DNA of 64,000 nt from the human T2T-CHM13v2.0 reference genome, Homo sapiens, in the NCBI RefSeq assembly GCF_009914755.1, contig NC_060931.1; one strand, written 5' to 3'. Below the pieces are notes generated by a model. That model did not search any database and was not told the origin of the DNA. It saw nothing but the letters and a program-made list of their open reading frames with translations. Positions 45,771-59,129 of the stretch are shown here, in pieces; within the stretch, counting starts at the first letter, position 1; every line of letters begins with the position of its first letter. Position numbers and translations under genes: made by a program.

Positions 45771-46060
45771 TCCCACCTATGAGTGAGAACATGCGGTATT
45801 TGGTTTTTTGTCCTTGCGAATAGGTGGGAATTGAACAATGAGAACACATAGACACAGGAAGGGGAACATCACACACCGGGGCCTGTTGTGGGGTGGGGGG
45901 GAGGGGGGAGGGACAGCATCTGGAGATACGTCTAATGTTAAATGACGAGTTACTGGGTGCAGCACACCAACATGGCACATGTATACGTATGTAACTAACC
46001 TGCACGTTGTGCACATGTACCCTAAAACTTAAAGTATAATAAAAATAATAATAATAATAA
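45771..46060 (+). mobile_element. 5'-truncated, 5'-inverted L1PA (PA3-5-like) 3'UTR fragment
   Basis: Inverted part 45771-45819; sense part 45820-46060 ending cctaaaacttaaagtataat plus an (AAT)n tail. TSD cttagcatt at 45762-45770 / 46061-46069. Confidence 0.93.
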
Positions 46061-47112
46061 CTTAGCATTAACAAATAAGCTAATGATTCTCTAGCATAGT
46101 AACTCAATTATTAATATTCTTGGAATGATATTAATGGGAACCTTTGAGAGGTAATGGTAAATAGGTAGGTGGAAGAAAACTAGCTCCTGAGAATGGAGGT
46201 GGCGTTGCCACAGAAATCACAGAATCTGCCTAGGATATTTTAAAGGTATGATGCCTCATGCTTAATGGCATTGCCATTATTGCAGGTTTATTATGTCTTC
46301 TTGTTGGACAAAGGATATGACATACATTCCAATGTCACCTTGGTCTTTAGGATGGCATTAAAAACAAAACAATAAAGTATAGGAAGAACAAAGAGCTAAC
46401 TTGTAACTTCACACTCTGGGTGGGCAGAAACTTAATAGGAGAAAAAAACGAACTATCTTGGGGCTATATTTTCCTGGCACATATCCGTGCCTTGTGTGTG
46501 GAGCACAGTGACTTCAAAGAAAGTTCTGCAATTGGAAAGGTGCCAAGAGAACTAGGATTGAGATACTTGACCAGAGGCACTTCTTGTACCTTTTTATATT
46601 AGGATATAAATTAACAGGAAAATGGAGTCCAAAATAGCAGCTTCCTAGGATATCTTCTTTATTCTCATATTTGAACATTCATATTCTGTATCTTATAATT
46701 AACCAAATAGTATTTTGTTTTCTGATCTATTCTGAACCAATAGTGCATTTCAGTTTATGAATAAGGTATTGTGAACAAAATGAGGATTGTGCCACAGAAA
46801 AAAGTTAAACTATATTGTTCATATAAAATAGATTAAAAATTTATTCACTAGGAGGCAGTAAGACCTTTTCTTCAGTACCAATATCAGTATCTTCAATTCC
46901 TCCTATACTGATGTCAATATACATTGATAAAGTTTGAGAGCAGAGCTGTGGAAAATGTGAAAACTATTTCCAACAATATAGGCTGTAACAGGGAACAGGA
47001 GAAAGGGTGTGCTTTGAACATAGTCAAATTTAAGTTACTGAATATTAAATAAAATTAAGTCTGTGGGGCCCCCATATTCTTTGAGAAAGTTTCACAGATG
47101 CTAGTACAACTT

Positions 47113-47401
47113 GTTTTGTTTTGTTTGAGACAGAGTTTTGCTCTTGTTGCCGGGGCTGGAGTGCAATGGCACAACCTGCAACCTCCGCCTTTCAAGTTCA
47201 AGTGATTCTCCTGCCTCGGCCTCCTGAGTAGCTAGGATTACAGGCGCCCGCAACCACACCTGGCTAATTTTTTGTATTTTTAGTAGAGATGGAGTTTCAC
47301 CATGCTGGGGAGGCTGGTCTCAAATTCCTGACCTCAGATGATCCACCCACCTTGGTCTCCCAAAGTACTGGGATTTACAGGCATGAGCCATCGTGCCCAC
47401 C
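47113..47401 (-). mobile_element. AluSp/Sq-like
   Basis: ctcttgttgcc and gtgcaatggc are diagnostic. 16-bp TSD GATGCTAGTACAACTT at 47097-47112 / 47402-47417. Confidence 0.93.
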
Positions 47402-47780
47402 GATGCTAGTACAACTTTTAAGGAAGTCGGAAGGTCTCAATGATAAGTACAGGAAAGCATTATGCAAAAAGAAGACAGAAATACAGGAGTAGAAAACATG
47501 AAATTGTCTTCACTTTCAGTTTTATTTTTACTACTAATAGTCCGCTCCTCTTTGAGCAAGTGATGAAAACATTCTTTGCCTAAATTAGTAAAGCAGTGAA
47601 ATAGTCATAACAGCCACACCTGTCTTTGTAGGGTAACTGGGAAATGATAATAGGACAGCATGTGATGATGTTTTAAAGGTTAAGAGTGTCCCATCTCATG
47701 ATTATAGCCTTACCAATGAACTTAACCATTTATCCACGTATTTCCTTAGTACTATCACTATGACAACACATATCATGTAA

Positions 47781-48120
<340 letters not shown>

Positions 48121-48515
48121 TGCATATGCCTTTTATACACAGAAAATTTATTTTGGGACTTTATCTCACAGATACGTTTGTTCCTATGGGGAAGGTATAT
48201 GCACAAGTTTAGTCACTGAAGCATTATATGCAACAGTAGGCATTTGGAAATAACAGAAATGTCCATGTTCAGAGGAGTGGTTAAATAACTTGTGGTAATC
48301 ATTATAGCTAATGCTATACTGGCTTAAAAAGAAAAAAAAGAATTTTTTACACTGATATTAAATGATTTTTAAGGAACACTAAGTGAAAAGGTAAAATGAA
48401 AAAAAAAGTTTACGATATGCTACTACAAACGCAGGGACAAAAAGATCCTATAACTATATTGGCTTGCATACATATACAATTCTCTGAAGCATTAAAAGCA
48501 TTTTGTTGAACATAC

Positions 48516-48585
48516 CTGGTTGTAGTAAAGACTCCATATACTACAGGATTTCTTTCATCTCTTGTGGGGAGTAAATAAATATCTT
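48516..48585 (-). CDS. SEMA3D: SEMA3D coding exon (70 nt)
   Basis: taatag|AA GAT ATT TAT...ACC AG|gtatgt; (Q)[22 protein letters not shown](S). Confidence 0.97.
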
Positions 48586-48905
48586 CTATTAAAGGGGAAA
48601 AATAAATATTTACTCTTATTTTTCAGTATTACATTGCTTTTTTGTTAATAACACAACTGAAACTCTGAAAATCTAAACAGTTTATACGATTAACAGAGGC
48701 ACTATATTATGCCTTGAGAAATCAAATATAAGATTGTTTTTTCTCAATGACTATGTATGGTATGGTACAATTGATAATCTCCAAGGTAGTTTCCAATTGG
48801 AAATCTGATTTCATAGAAAATATAAACCAAAAAATAAGTAATTTTTACCCTCTAGTGTAAAAAAATTCTGTCCTATAATTGTGTCAACTTAGTAATTAAT
48901 TTGCC

Positions 48906-49203
<298 letters not shown>

Positions 49204-49635
49204 TCATTTACCTATTTGGTAACAATAAGAAAATAGCTACCCCCAAATTAGTGCCGTATTGACAGTAAGTTATGTGCAAATAATATTCTTTAAAAGATTA
49301 AGATGTGAATGTGCTTACATACAATAGGAGAGGTCATCCACGATTACTCAATGTATACTTTAAGTTGGAAAATACACAATACTGATGAAATAATTCCATG
49401 ATATAGATTATCATTTTTACATTACATGGCAAAAATAAGAACAAGTTCAAGAAGCTAAAAGCTAATGATGCTAACATTATACATAAACAAAAAAGAAAAA
49501 AATCATTGTAGGACTTGGAAGGAGTTTTTGAGGGAGTGAAGAGGAGAAGTGAAATAGAAGAAGCTGTCTACTGCTTCTGATTATTCTTTCATTAACAAGT
49601 CGGAGGGACAGTGTTCACCAAATCTCCTGTACTTG

Positions 49636-49649
49636 CCAGCAGAGGGCAC
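49636..49649 (+). promoter_or_regulatory. Strong CTCF core motif (forward)
   Basis: tgCCAGCAGAGGGCACc. Confidence 0.55.
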
Positions 49650-49966
49650 CCGTGGAATAAGGAATCCAAGATTTTCCTACCTATAGAAGGTGGCTCCTTT
49701 CAAAATGAAAGACTGCATGGAGAATGGATGAACTGTGTAGTTCCAGAGCTCACACCTTTCTGTGTCTTGCTGTAGTTTTGTTTCCTTCACTTACTTTGAG
49801 GACTCTTACAAAGAGAAGAGTTACTGCATTATGACGTGTGCCCAGACCTAGAGCACTTCCGTGTACTTTGCGTGTGAATTTTAGTAAGAACCACTCCTGT
49901 AAGGTTTGCTCAGGTAAAATTAATCAGGCATTTGGAGCCAAAGGGAAATAAATGCCAAGTTACTTA

Positions 49967-50173
<207 letters not shown>

Positions 50174-50512
50174 CTACCACTCACTAAAACTGGTGGCTAT
50201 TACAGGTAGTGTCTTATTGATGTCATTGTTTACAAAGACACTGAACCCAGATATTGAGTCCTTGAACTTTAAAATAAGGAAAAAGACAGTATTAGCCCTC
50301 AATATTAAATGTTTTTCTCATAGTTAAATGAATTAAATACAAGCAGTTCAGCTCTATTGGATGAGTAGATGCATACAAGGCAATGGTAAAGGCAGCTTGA
50401 AATCAAATCCCACCTGCCAATTTTTTGCTTCATGACCTGCAAGAGACTATTTTTTTTAAGTCTCTGTTTTCTCACTGATAAAAATGATAAATCTCTTGAA
50501 ATACGGTTAGTT

Positions 50513-50680
50513 AATTTTTGTTGTTGTTTTTCAGAGATGAAGTCTTTCTATGTTGTCCAAGCTGGAGCGCAGTAATTATTCACAGGCAAGATCATTGCCT
50601 CAAACTCCTGGGCTCAAGTAATCCTTCCACATTAGCCTCCTAAGTAGCTGATACTACAGGTGCATACCACTGAACCCAGC
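50513..50680 (-). mobile_element. FAM (fossil Alu monomer) nested in a MIR (~50370-50770)
   Basis: 7SL-like gcagtaattattcacaggcaagatc. Degenerate TSD tgaaatacggttagtt / tgaaatatggttggtt at 50497-50512 / 50681-50696. Confidence 0.8.
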
Positions 50681-50938
50681 TGAAATATGGTTGGTTTGAT
50701 GAGTAAATGGGGAAAAAAAGTCTATAAAATGCTTAGCATAGTCTCAGGCAACTTGAGTTCAATGAATGCTGGTACTGGCTTGTATATTATTTATAGGATT
50801 AAAAACAATATTTGCAACCTTTAGCAATATGTCTCTTTATAGGCTTAAAAGTCTTTTCCAAATTTAATGTCTTACTAATTAAACATCCATGCAACATAAA
50901 CATATGCGTAATAATACACATATAAAAACCATCCTTTT

Positions 50939-51230
50939 GCCTATAATCACAGCACTTTGGGAGGCTGAGGCAGGAGGATCAGCTGAACCCAGTAGTTCGA
51001 GACCAGTATGGTCAACATAGTGGGATCTCATCTCTACAAAAATTTTAAAAATTCAGTCATGTGTGGTGGGGTGTCCCTGTAATCCCCGCTATTCAGGAGG
51101 CTGAAGGAGGAAGATCACTTAAGCCCAGGGGGTTGAGGCTGCAGTGAGCCATGTTTGTGCCACTGATTCCAGCCTGGGTGGCAGAGCAAAACCCTGTCTC
51201 AAAAGCAAACAAAACAAAAACAAAAACAAA
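50939..51230 (+). mobile_element. AluJ (slightly 5'-truncated)
   Basis: gcctataatcacagcactttgggaggctgaggcaggaggatc...gaggctgcagtgagcc...ccctgtctc plus an A-rich tail. Confidence 0.9.
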
Positions 51231-51418
51231 TCTTTTAAAGAATATTTATCTATATTTTCCATACTTTATTTTTACTCTGAAATGGTTCATTAAAAATGTT
51301 CTTTAAGCATTTAGTAAAACATAAACACTTAAATCAATTACACGATAAACAGAATTACACTATTCAATAATTCAGCATAAAAATTTATGTCCTCATTTTT
51401 AAATTAATATATACCTGT

Positions 51419-51784
51419 TGATATGGTTTGGCTCTGTGTCCCGACCCAAATCTCATCTTGTAGCTCCCATAATTCCCACATGTTGTGGGAGGGACTCTGT
51501 GGGAGATGATTGAATTATGGAGGCGGGTCTTTCCCATGCTGTTCTCGTGATAGTGAATGGGTCTCACGAGATCTGATGGTTTTAAAAACAGGAGTTGCCC
51601 TGCATAAGCTCTCCTTGCCTGCTGCCATCCAGGTAAGATGTGACTTGCTCCTCCTTGCCTTCCGCTATGAATGTGAGGCCTCCACAGGCATGTGAAACTG
51701 TGAGTCCAATTAAACCTATTTTTTTTAATAAATTCCCCAGTTTCTAGTATGTCTTTATCAGAAGCGTGAAAACAGACTAATACA
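51419..51784 (+). mobile_element. THE1 (THE1C-like) solo LTR
   Basis: TGATATGGTTTGGCTCTGTGTCC...GACTAATACA with an exact 5-bp TSD CCTGT (51414-51418 / 51785-51789). Confidence 0.95.
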
Positions 51785-54700
51785 CCTGTGAACACTGAAT
51801 AAGCATGATTTTTCATTCATTTAACCCAACTAGCTCTGCTGTGCTTATAATAAGACTAATTTATTTAAATTACTATTGAAGCCATCTTTTCCAATAATTT
51901 ATTTATATTTAAGTATAAATTATATAAAATCATTTATCCTTCAATCTATGTTCTGTAAAGTTAATGAGAAGTTAACTGTTAAGTTTCAAGTCTGAATATC
52001 TAGAAACTTTCTTCTTTTATCTCTGAAATTAAACTAGAGAAAGGCATTTAAATGACTACAACAAACAAGAGAATTTGAAATCTTATAAATACTATGCTTG
52101 AAGAAAGGGGGAAGGGGAGAAAGAAAGGAAACCAGAGACCAGAGGTATCTTTATAGCCTTAGCACCTAACACCAAGGGCATCTATGGTATGTGATACCCA
52201 GAGTGAATTATTTTTTACATTCCTTTCTCACTAAACAAAAGATACATTTTCAGTAACAGTTCTGTAAAACTCAGGAATAATTATTATTTTCTTTATTTGT
52301 TCTTTAGGTTTATAACACACAATTTTAAAATAATAACTTTGAAATCTAAAAGCAACAACATTCAATAGAATATTTCATGTAAGAACTAAAAATTGGCACT
52401 TAAGGAACAAACTATCACACCTCCTAGTTTGCACTATGTCTCACTGTTTTAAATTTTAAATGATTCCAAATCATTATGAACTTACTCTTGGAACATGTGT
52501 GTAGCTGAGTTCATGTGTGCTGGAGGCTTACTATCCACACAAATATCCATATATACATATACATAATAGATACACAGTAGTAAACCACAGTTTAAAATCT
52601 AGACCAACAAGACTCTTTTATGATTAGCATATTGTCACTGACACTGTTTACAATTACTGGCATGTGGCAATAATAAAAAGCACAATAATTTTTAGTTGGT
52701 TTTTGAATAATTTTTAATTCTTGTAGACAATGCACTCCCTAAAATTCCCTCTACTCAACTCCCAATATGTCACTAAATCCCTATTGCTGTTGAATGAAGA
52801 CATGATTAATAGTTAATAAATAACTAAGAATAAAACATAAAATTGAAAAAAATTTTCAGAATGGTATAGACTAAGGGCCAAGGATTTCATTATAGTGGGA
52901 AAAAGGCAAAAACTTCACTGAAGAGTTGGGTTTAATGTTAACTTTTTACAATAATAGATGGGACCAAACTACATATGTAGAGATTGGTTCAGGTAATACT
53001 GTCTGTGCTGGAAACTAGGGAAAAGGACAATGGGTGGAACAATCCAGGACATCTAGGAGAATCAGGATAAACTGTGTTTAGTTGAAGACTGAGATCAATT
53101 AAAATAGTGAAGGAAAAAGTTATGAAAGTAAATTGGGGTAAGATCAAGGAAAGCTTTAATGCCAGGCCAAAGTGTCTGTATGTTATTAAGTGCACATGAA
53201 GAACTACTAAAAAATTTAGTAATTGGCAAAGAAGTTAAATAATCAGTTTCCTTTTAAGAAAATGTATAATATATTCTATATAGTGGCTCTGTCATAAAAA
53301 GCCTGTCGGTAATTGCTCTTACATTTATATTTTATATACGATGCCTTTATTATGAGTATCATTGTTAAGAAATAAAGTATATTTCAGCCAGTTATTGGAT
53401 GATTTCAGATGTCTGCAGATGCAGACAGATTTATCTAGATATGACCTGTTTTTAATGCCAATATCCTCAGAACATTTATGAATATATATCTGTACGTTAA
53501 TAAGAATAAGCAAAAATATTGACGCTTTCTCCTAATGTAACAATGAGTTCTGTGTTCATGTATAGTAGGATTCCAGTGAGAAGATGTATATCTGGAATTA
53601 TCAGAAACTAAGATAATTTTAAATGAATTTAAAAATGTAAGATATTTCCCCATCTTTCTCATGGCTCTTGATTTAGATCTGTTTAAAGTAACGTATCTAA
53701 TCTTTACATTTTTTTATCAGCTTTCTAGTTGTGATAAGAAGAGCACTAGTAAAAACATTTTTATTTTAATGAATTCTTATATATTGATAGTATTTATTAA
53801 ATTTTCTTTGCCTAAATTTGTATATTTTGAGAGGATCAGCAGTGAATACTAAAAATAATGTTGATTCAATAAATATAAACAAACATATCAGTGATCATGA
53901 ATATAATGCCAGAGACTAAAGTTTGTCTTACCCATCACAGAATATATGCTGAAATTATTTTGTTATGTGAATACATATATAATCAGAATATCTGCTTAAC
54001 GACATTCCTTTAATAGGCATATACAGTATTCATAAAAATGAGCAATCGTATCCTCTTTTAAACATTTTACTATGTAAAAGTGATAATAAATGTTCATTTT
54101 CAAACATTTCCTCCCTTTCTATTTACAATTATCACTGATATTTAAGGTAACCATGAGAACATTCTAACTAGCAGAATAATCCCATCTAGATTTGTAGGAC
54201 AGAAAAGGGATTTATACTGTACTGCATTTCTTTTAACCTGACCAAAAAATAGAAATTTTTTGAACAAAATAATCTTACCTACCCATCCAACAGCCTTCTC
54301 TAGCCCCTCAGGAATAAAAAGATAAAAAACCAAGACAAAACAAAACAAAAAAATCCAAGCCAAAGATGAAAGCCACCTGCTGTCAGAAGGGAAGCAAATA
54401 CAGTTCCTGGGATAATAGCACTCAGGAATGGATTATAAGCATTTAATGACTGGATAGTAACTCTTACAGACATCCAGAAGCATGACCTGAGATGGCAAAG
54501 TTCAATTCACAAGGAGTTGTATTTCTCCTGTAGGGAAATGTCAGTTGGGCTGACTTTGTTGACCAGTTTCTCAGTCCCTGGATTTGTTTGCATATCCACA
54601 CAATCTCCTCTAAGAACTTTAAGCCCAGAAGAGGGCTGAAAGGGAGGTAACCACTTTTGTACTAAATTGTCACCTCCTTGCTTATTTTTGTGAAGTTCTA

Positions 54701-57700
54701 AAGAATATAACCATCTCACGAACACAATAGATTTATCATTAAGATGTCAAAATCAGCAGTTTTTAGTCACCAGGCACTTCTGTGGGTCTCTACACTATTT
54801 ATCATTCACTTTTTGTAGTTAAGTGTTCCAAAAGCCTTGACACCCTCTACACAAAGATGCAGATGAAAGTAACAAAGAAAGTATATGTAAACAAGCCTGA
54901 TCACATGTGTTCAATTTGGGTGGTAAGTACAGAGGGTGCCTGTTTTCCTGTACTTGTTATATGTTTGCAGTATTTCTTAATTTAAAATGATTAATTAAAA
55001 AAAGAAAAAAAAATTAAAGACAAAACAAACCACAATTTGCAATCCTTCAGCAGCTTTAAAATATAGTACATCTGAGTCATTTGATTGTATGATGGTTGCA
55101 TGTTACGAATTACTAAGATCTTCTAATCATAGCATCTACTGATAGGTAGATCAGACCTAAAGCAGGGTAATATGGCATTATATTTTCCTTCTACTGTCCC
55201 AGCAAAACTTAAACCCTTATAAATCTTATATAGACATGTAAAGTAGCTAGCAGCTGTCACACATGAACTTTTATTGAGTGTGCCTTTTGAACTTTGGGTC
55301 ACTATGCTGGGTTCCTCTGTTAAACGTGATTTTATCTGTATATACCATCCTCTTCAAGGATCCCTCAGTACTTTATAAACATTGTCATTTTAACCTATAT
55401 ATTAGATAACAGTGGCTTTTGGAAAATGTAATAATTGACTTTCGGCTCCTATGCTCTTAAATCCTGAAGATTTTGTAAAATCAGTTTACTCTCCAAGACA
55501 TTTGAAAACAAGTATTTTGTTAAGCTACTAATTTGTGTGCAGAGATTTGTAACCCTATTCATGAGTTTAAGTTGAAGGACACCAGTTTCAAATCAATAGA
55601 AACTGGATAATGACAAAGTTTAAGAACTTTAAAAAATAGTTGATGCTGGAGTTAGAGGTTATAAATTATTCTCTGCTTAAAATTTAGTTATTTTGCCTAA
55701 TACTGCTCTTCTGTATCTTTGTGCAAGCAAGAGAATGAAATTCTCAGACACTTTGAAACCATGATATATGCATTCTTTGTGTGCCCCACTCCCTGTTCTA
55801 CCCATTAATAACACTTATGCTTATAGATTTTAGTTTGAATTAATACTACTCACCTTCTTTTGAAGTGTGATATAAATACTACAGTATTATAAATTAAGAA
55901 AAACCTATTCCATTACCCAAACTAACACTGAGGCAAACACACAGGCTTTCTGTTGGCCATTTTTACAAATTCAACAAATAAGATTAGGGAAATTTAATAC
56001 TTTTGTCTTTTTGATTTAATGCCTGTTATATTTCAATCCATCATTCATATTCTTTGCTTGATTTGTCATTTATAATAGATCCCACAGCAACTGTCCAATC
56101 TACATCTATCTGTGTTGTCTCAATCTTCAGTGGGTTATTTCTAGAAACAGATTTTAGAATCTTTCTTTGAAAACTTAGTACAAATGATCTGCATGGGGCT
56201 GTATAAATAAATAATAATGATAAGGACAATCCAAACTCAGGGTGGTCTATTCAGAAGTTTGAAACTATGACCATGACATGGTAGAAACAAAAAGTGAAAC
56301 CTGGCATAAGCCCCCAAGAGACTCATTAGAAGTGTATGCCTTATATTGAACTATATTACTATATTGTGAAGATCTTAAATGAGTATGTTTTGATACATTA
56401 AGTGAACTAATGGAAGATAGTGAAGTTATGCTCATTAAATCAAATGAAACAAACTTTGTTGAACTACCCTTTTTAGCCTGTGGGTTTTCTTTTGCAATAC
56501 TTGCAATGCCATAACTATGTTTCATGTACCTGGTTCATTGGGATTTTTAAAAAAGGATCTGACCACTAAAAAATGAAGGCAAAAATAATAATATGAATTT
56601 TAAAAATACGGTTGAGAGTTTTCACATAACCATATTTGGCAGTCAACTCCGGTAAGTTAAGTTGTAGAAACAAATGTAGAAACAACTGTGTAACATAGAA
56701 CATGTAGAAATATAACATGTAGAAACAAATATCTCTTCACTTACTTTCTTTGGCAACTTAAATTATAAGCATTTTTTAACATAAAGAGAAATTTATGGAT
56801 ACCGTTTCTCTTTACCAGAGGAAGGTCTATTGGCACTTGCTCTTTACTGTTTTCAAAAGTTTTTTTTTCCCACTTCTGATACTTAGGATTCCCCCCAAAA
56901 TTCTTGACATATAATAACATAGAGTCCTTTACCTCACCTACTAATAATCTTGAAATACTTTAGATGAAATAAAAATATACAAACTCAAACATCTAAGGCA
57001 AAGGATAGAGGAGAAAAAAAAAGAACAACAAAAACTTTTGTGGCAGCTATTAAACACACTAACTTTTAAGGGATAAATTCTATAGAGGCTTTCAAGGCAA
57101 TTTTTTTTTTCTGAAAAATACACCTAGTATTTAGAGACGACTATTTGTGATTTGCCGTTAATGACTAAGCAAATAGAAGTGGAGAACATGTTTTTCTAAC
57201 TACTTCAGAAACTCATAAAAATTATTGGAAATACAGGACTGGTGTAATACACTATCCTGAACAACTCAGTTTCTAAGATTTAGCACATTCAGTTAGGTAA
57301 ATCTAGGAATGTTAAGCAGTCCTTTTCAGGTAGAATCAGAGTTCATTCAATTAAAAAAAAAAAGCTGTAGCAAACAGTATAAACCCCTTCCTAGGAATTT
57401 CTCAGACAGGAAAACAGATGGAAGTGAAGCAAAAGCACATCTGTAACTCGTGGGCACTAAATCTCTCATTTAGGTTGTAAGTGACATGCTGAAAGTAAGC
57501 ACAAAAACCACAGCTCAACAGAGATCAATAAATACGGAAAGTGTCATCGGCCTAAAAACACAAATCTTCAAAGGCAGTAATTGTCCAAATAGGACCATAT
57601 ATCAAAATAGACAATGCAAGTGGAATTGAAGCAAAGGGCTATTAATGAGACCCCCAGGCAAGTTATGTGAAAGGGCCATCCAAACTGAATTCCTGGCATG

Positions 57701-57913
57701 GGGAAAGGAAATACTGCAAAACAAAAAAGAGAACTGGCATAACCTACAGCTGGAATCTGGAGTAGACTTGCATAAGTATAATGGGCAGCTCTTCCAAAAA
57801 TGAATAGAATTCAAAAGTAATGCAAAACAGCCTTGAGGTGAAAAATTGCAAGCAAGTCTCACCGAAAGAACTAGTATTTCCACCCATTGACTTAAAAGGT
57901 GGGTCTTGAAGGG

Positions 57914-57915
<2 letters not shown>

Positions 57916-57958
<43 letters not shown>
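57916..57958. repeat. (AC)n microsatellite
   Basis: About 21 perfect units. Confidence 0.97.
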
Positions 57959-57961
<3 letters not shown>

Positions 57962-59129
57962 ACAGAGTAATAAACATCAGACAGACATAAATAATGTATT
58001 TTGAAAGTACTAACTTGCAAAGTAAATAGACACAAATCTTTTCAGTGGGTTTATTTCATGTGGTTTTGCCTATTCATTCAATTAGCATTTAATAGCTCAT
58101 CAAGAAGATCTGTGTTATTTACCATCTACGAGAGCAGTTCTTTGGGGTGTAAGTTGCACCATTTCGTGCTTCAAGATATTAACTGTTTCACAAAATGAAA
58201 GAACTGTAGAGCTTGACAAGGACTTTAGAAATCCTTCAAGGTTAAACAATTTATTGGAAAAATAGAGTAAGTAGTTTGACTGGAAAGTAGGAACACTACT
58301 AAAAATAATTCATTAGGAAATGTGCTCTACCATGTATAATTATAAACATATTAAGTTTAAAAGATATTCTGTGGATGAAGGCACTTATTCGCCTCAGGCT
58401 CTCATTGATCAATATTGCCCAGTAAAATTATCTTTTAAGTCAGTTTATTTATTGTGTCTCTCTTCATTGATATCTCTTGACCAAAATTTGCATTGTTCAA
58501 ATCATTTATGCAACTTTCTCCAAATACAGCTCCAAATTACTTTGACTATGTTCAGAAATAAGATCAATCTTCAAAGCACAAATTCTCCTAAAGATAAAGA
58601 AAAATAATAATGTAACTTCAGCCTTTAAAACTAATAAAATGACATATCTCTTTGATCACCTTTGGTAACTAACCTGCCCCTAACACTGCAAAATACACGC
58701 ACCACTACCATCAACACCAACTTCTTCCATTCCTAAGCACAGGTACGCTGATCTGGCTCCAAATGTATGTGTGATGTGTGTGTATGTGTGCACATGCATG
58801 TGTGCATATGTGTGATTTTTGGGATTAAATTCACTGTAGTGTGACCAGATATTTACATTATTTACATGTCAATCTCTTATAGTAAATTGTTACATGCTTG
58901 TAAACTTAGATATCTAAGTTACCCTTGTTTTTGGCACCTTCCTCAGTTATCTGTCACATCCAAATTCATATGATCTTATTAAAGCCTTACATTTGCTTGG
59001 TAAAATAGTTATGGAAGCAATAGGTGCCTGCTGTCCTCATTTTTTAGGTTAAGAAACTGAGAGAATGGGAAGTAGAGCAAAATGTAAGCCTAGATCTGAT
59101 TTTAAGTTGAACATTCACATCATCCAGGC

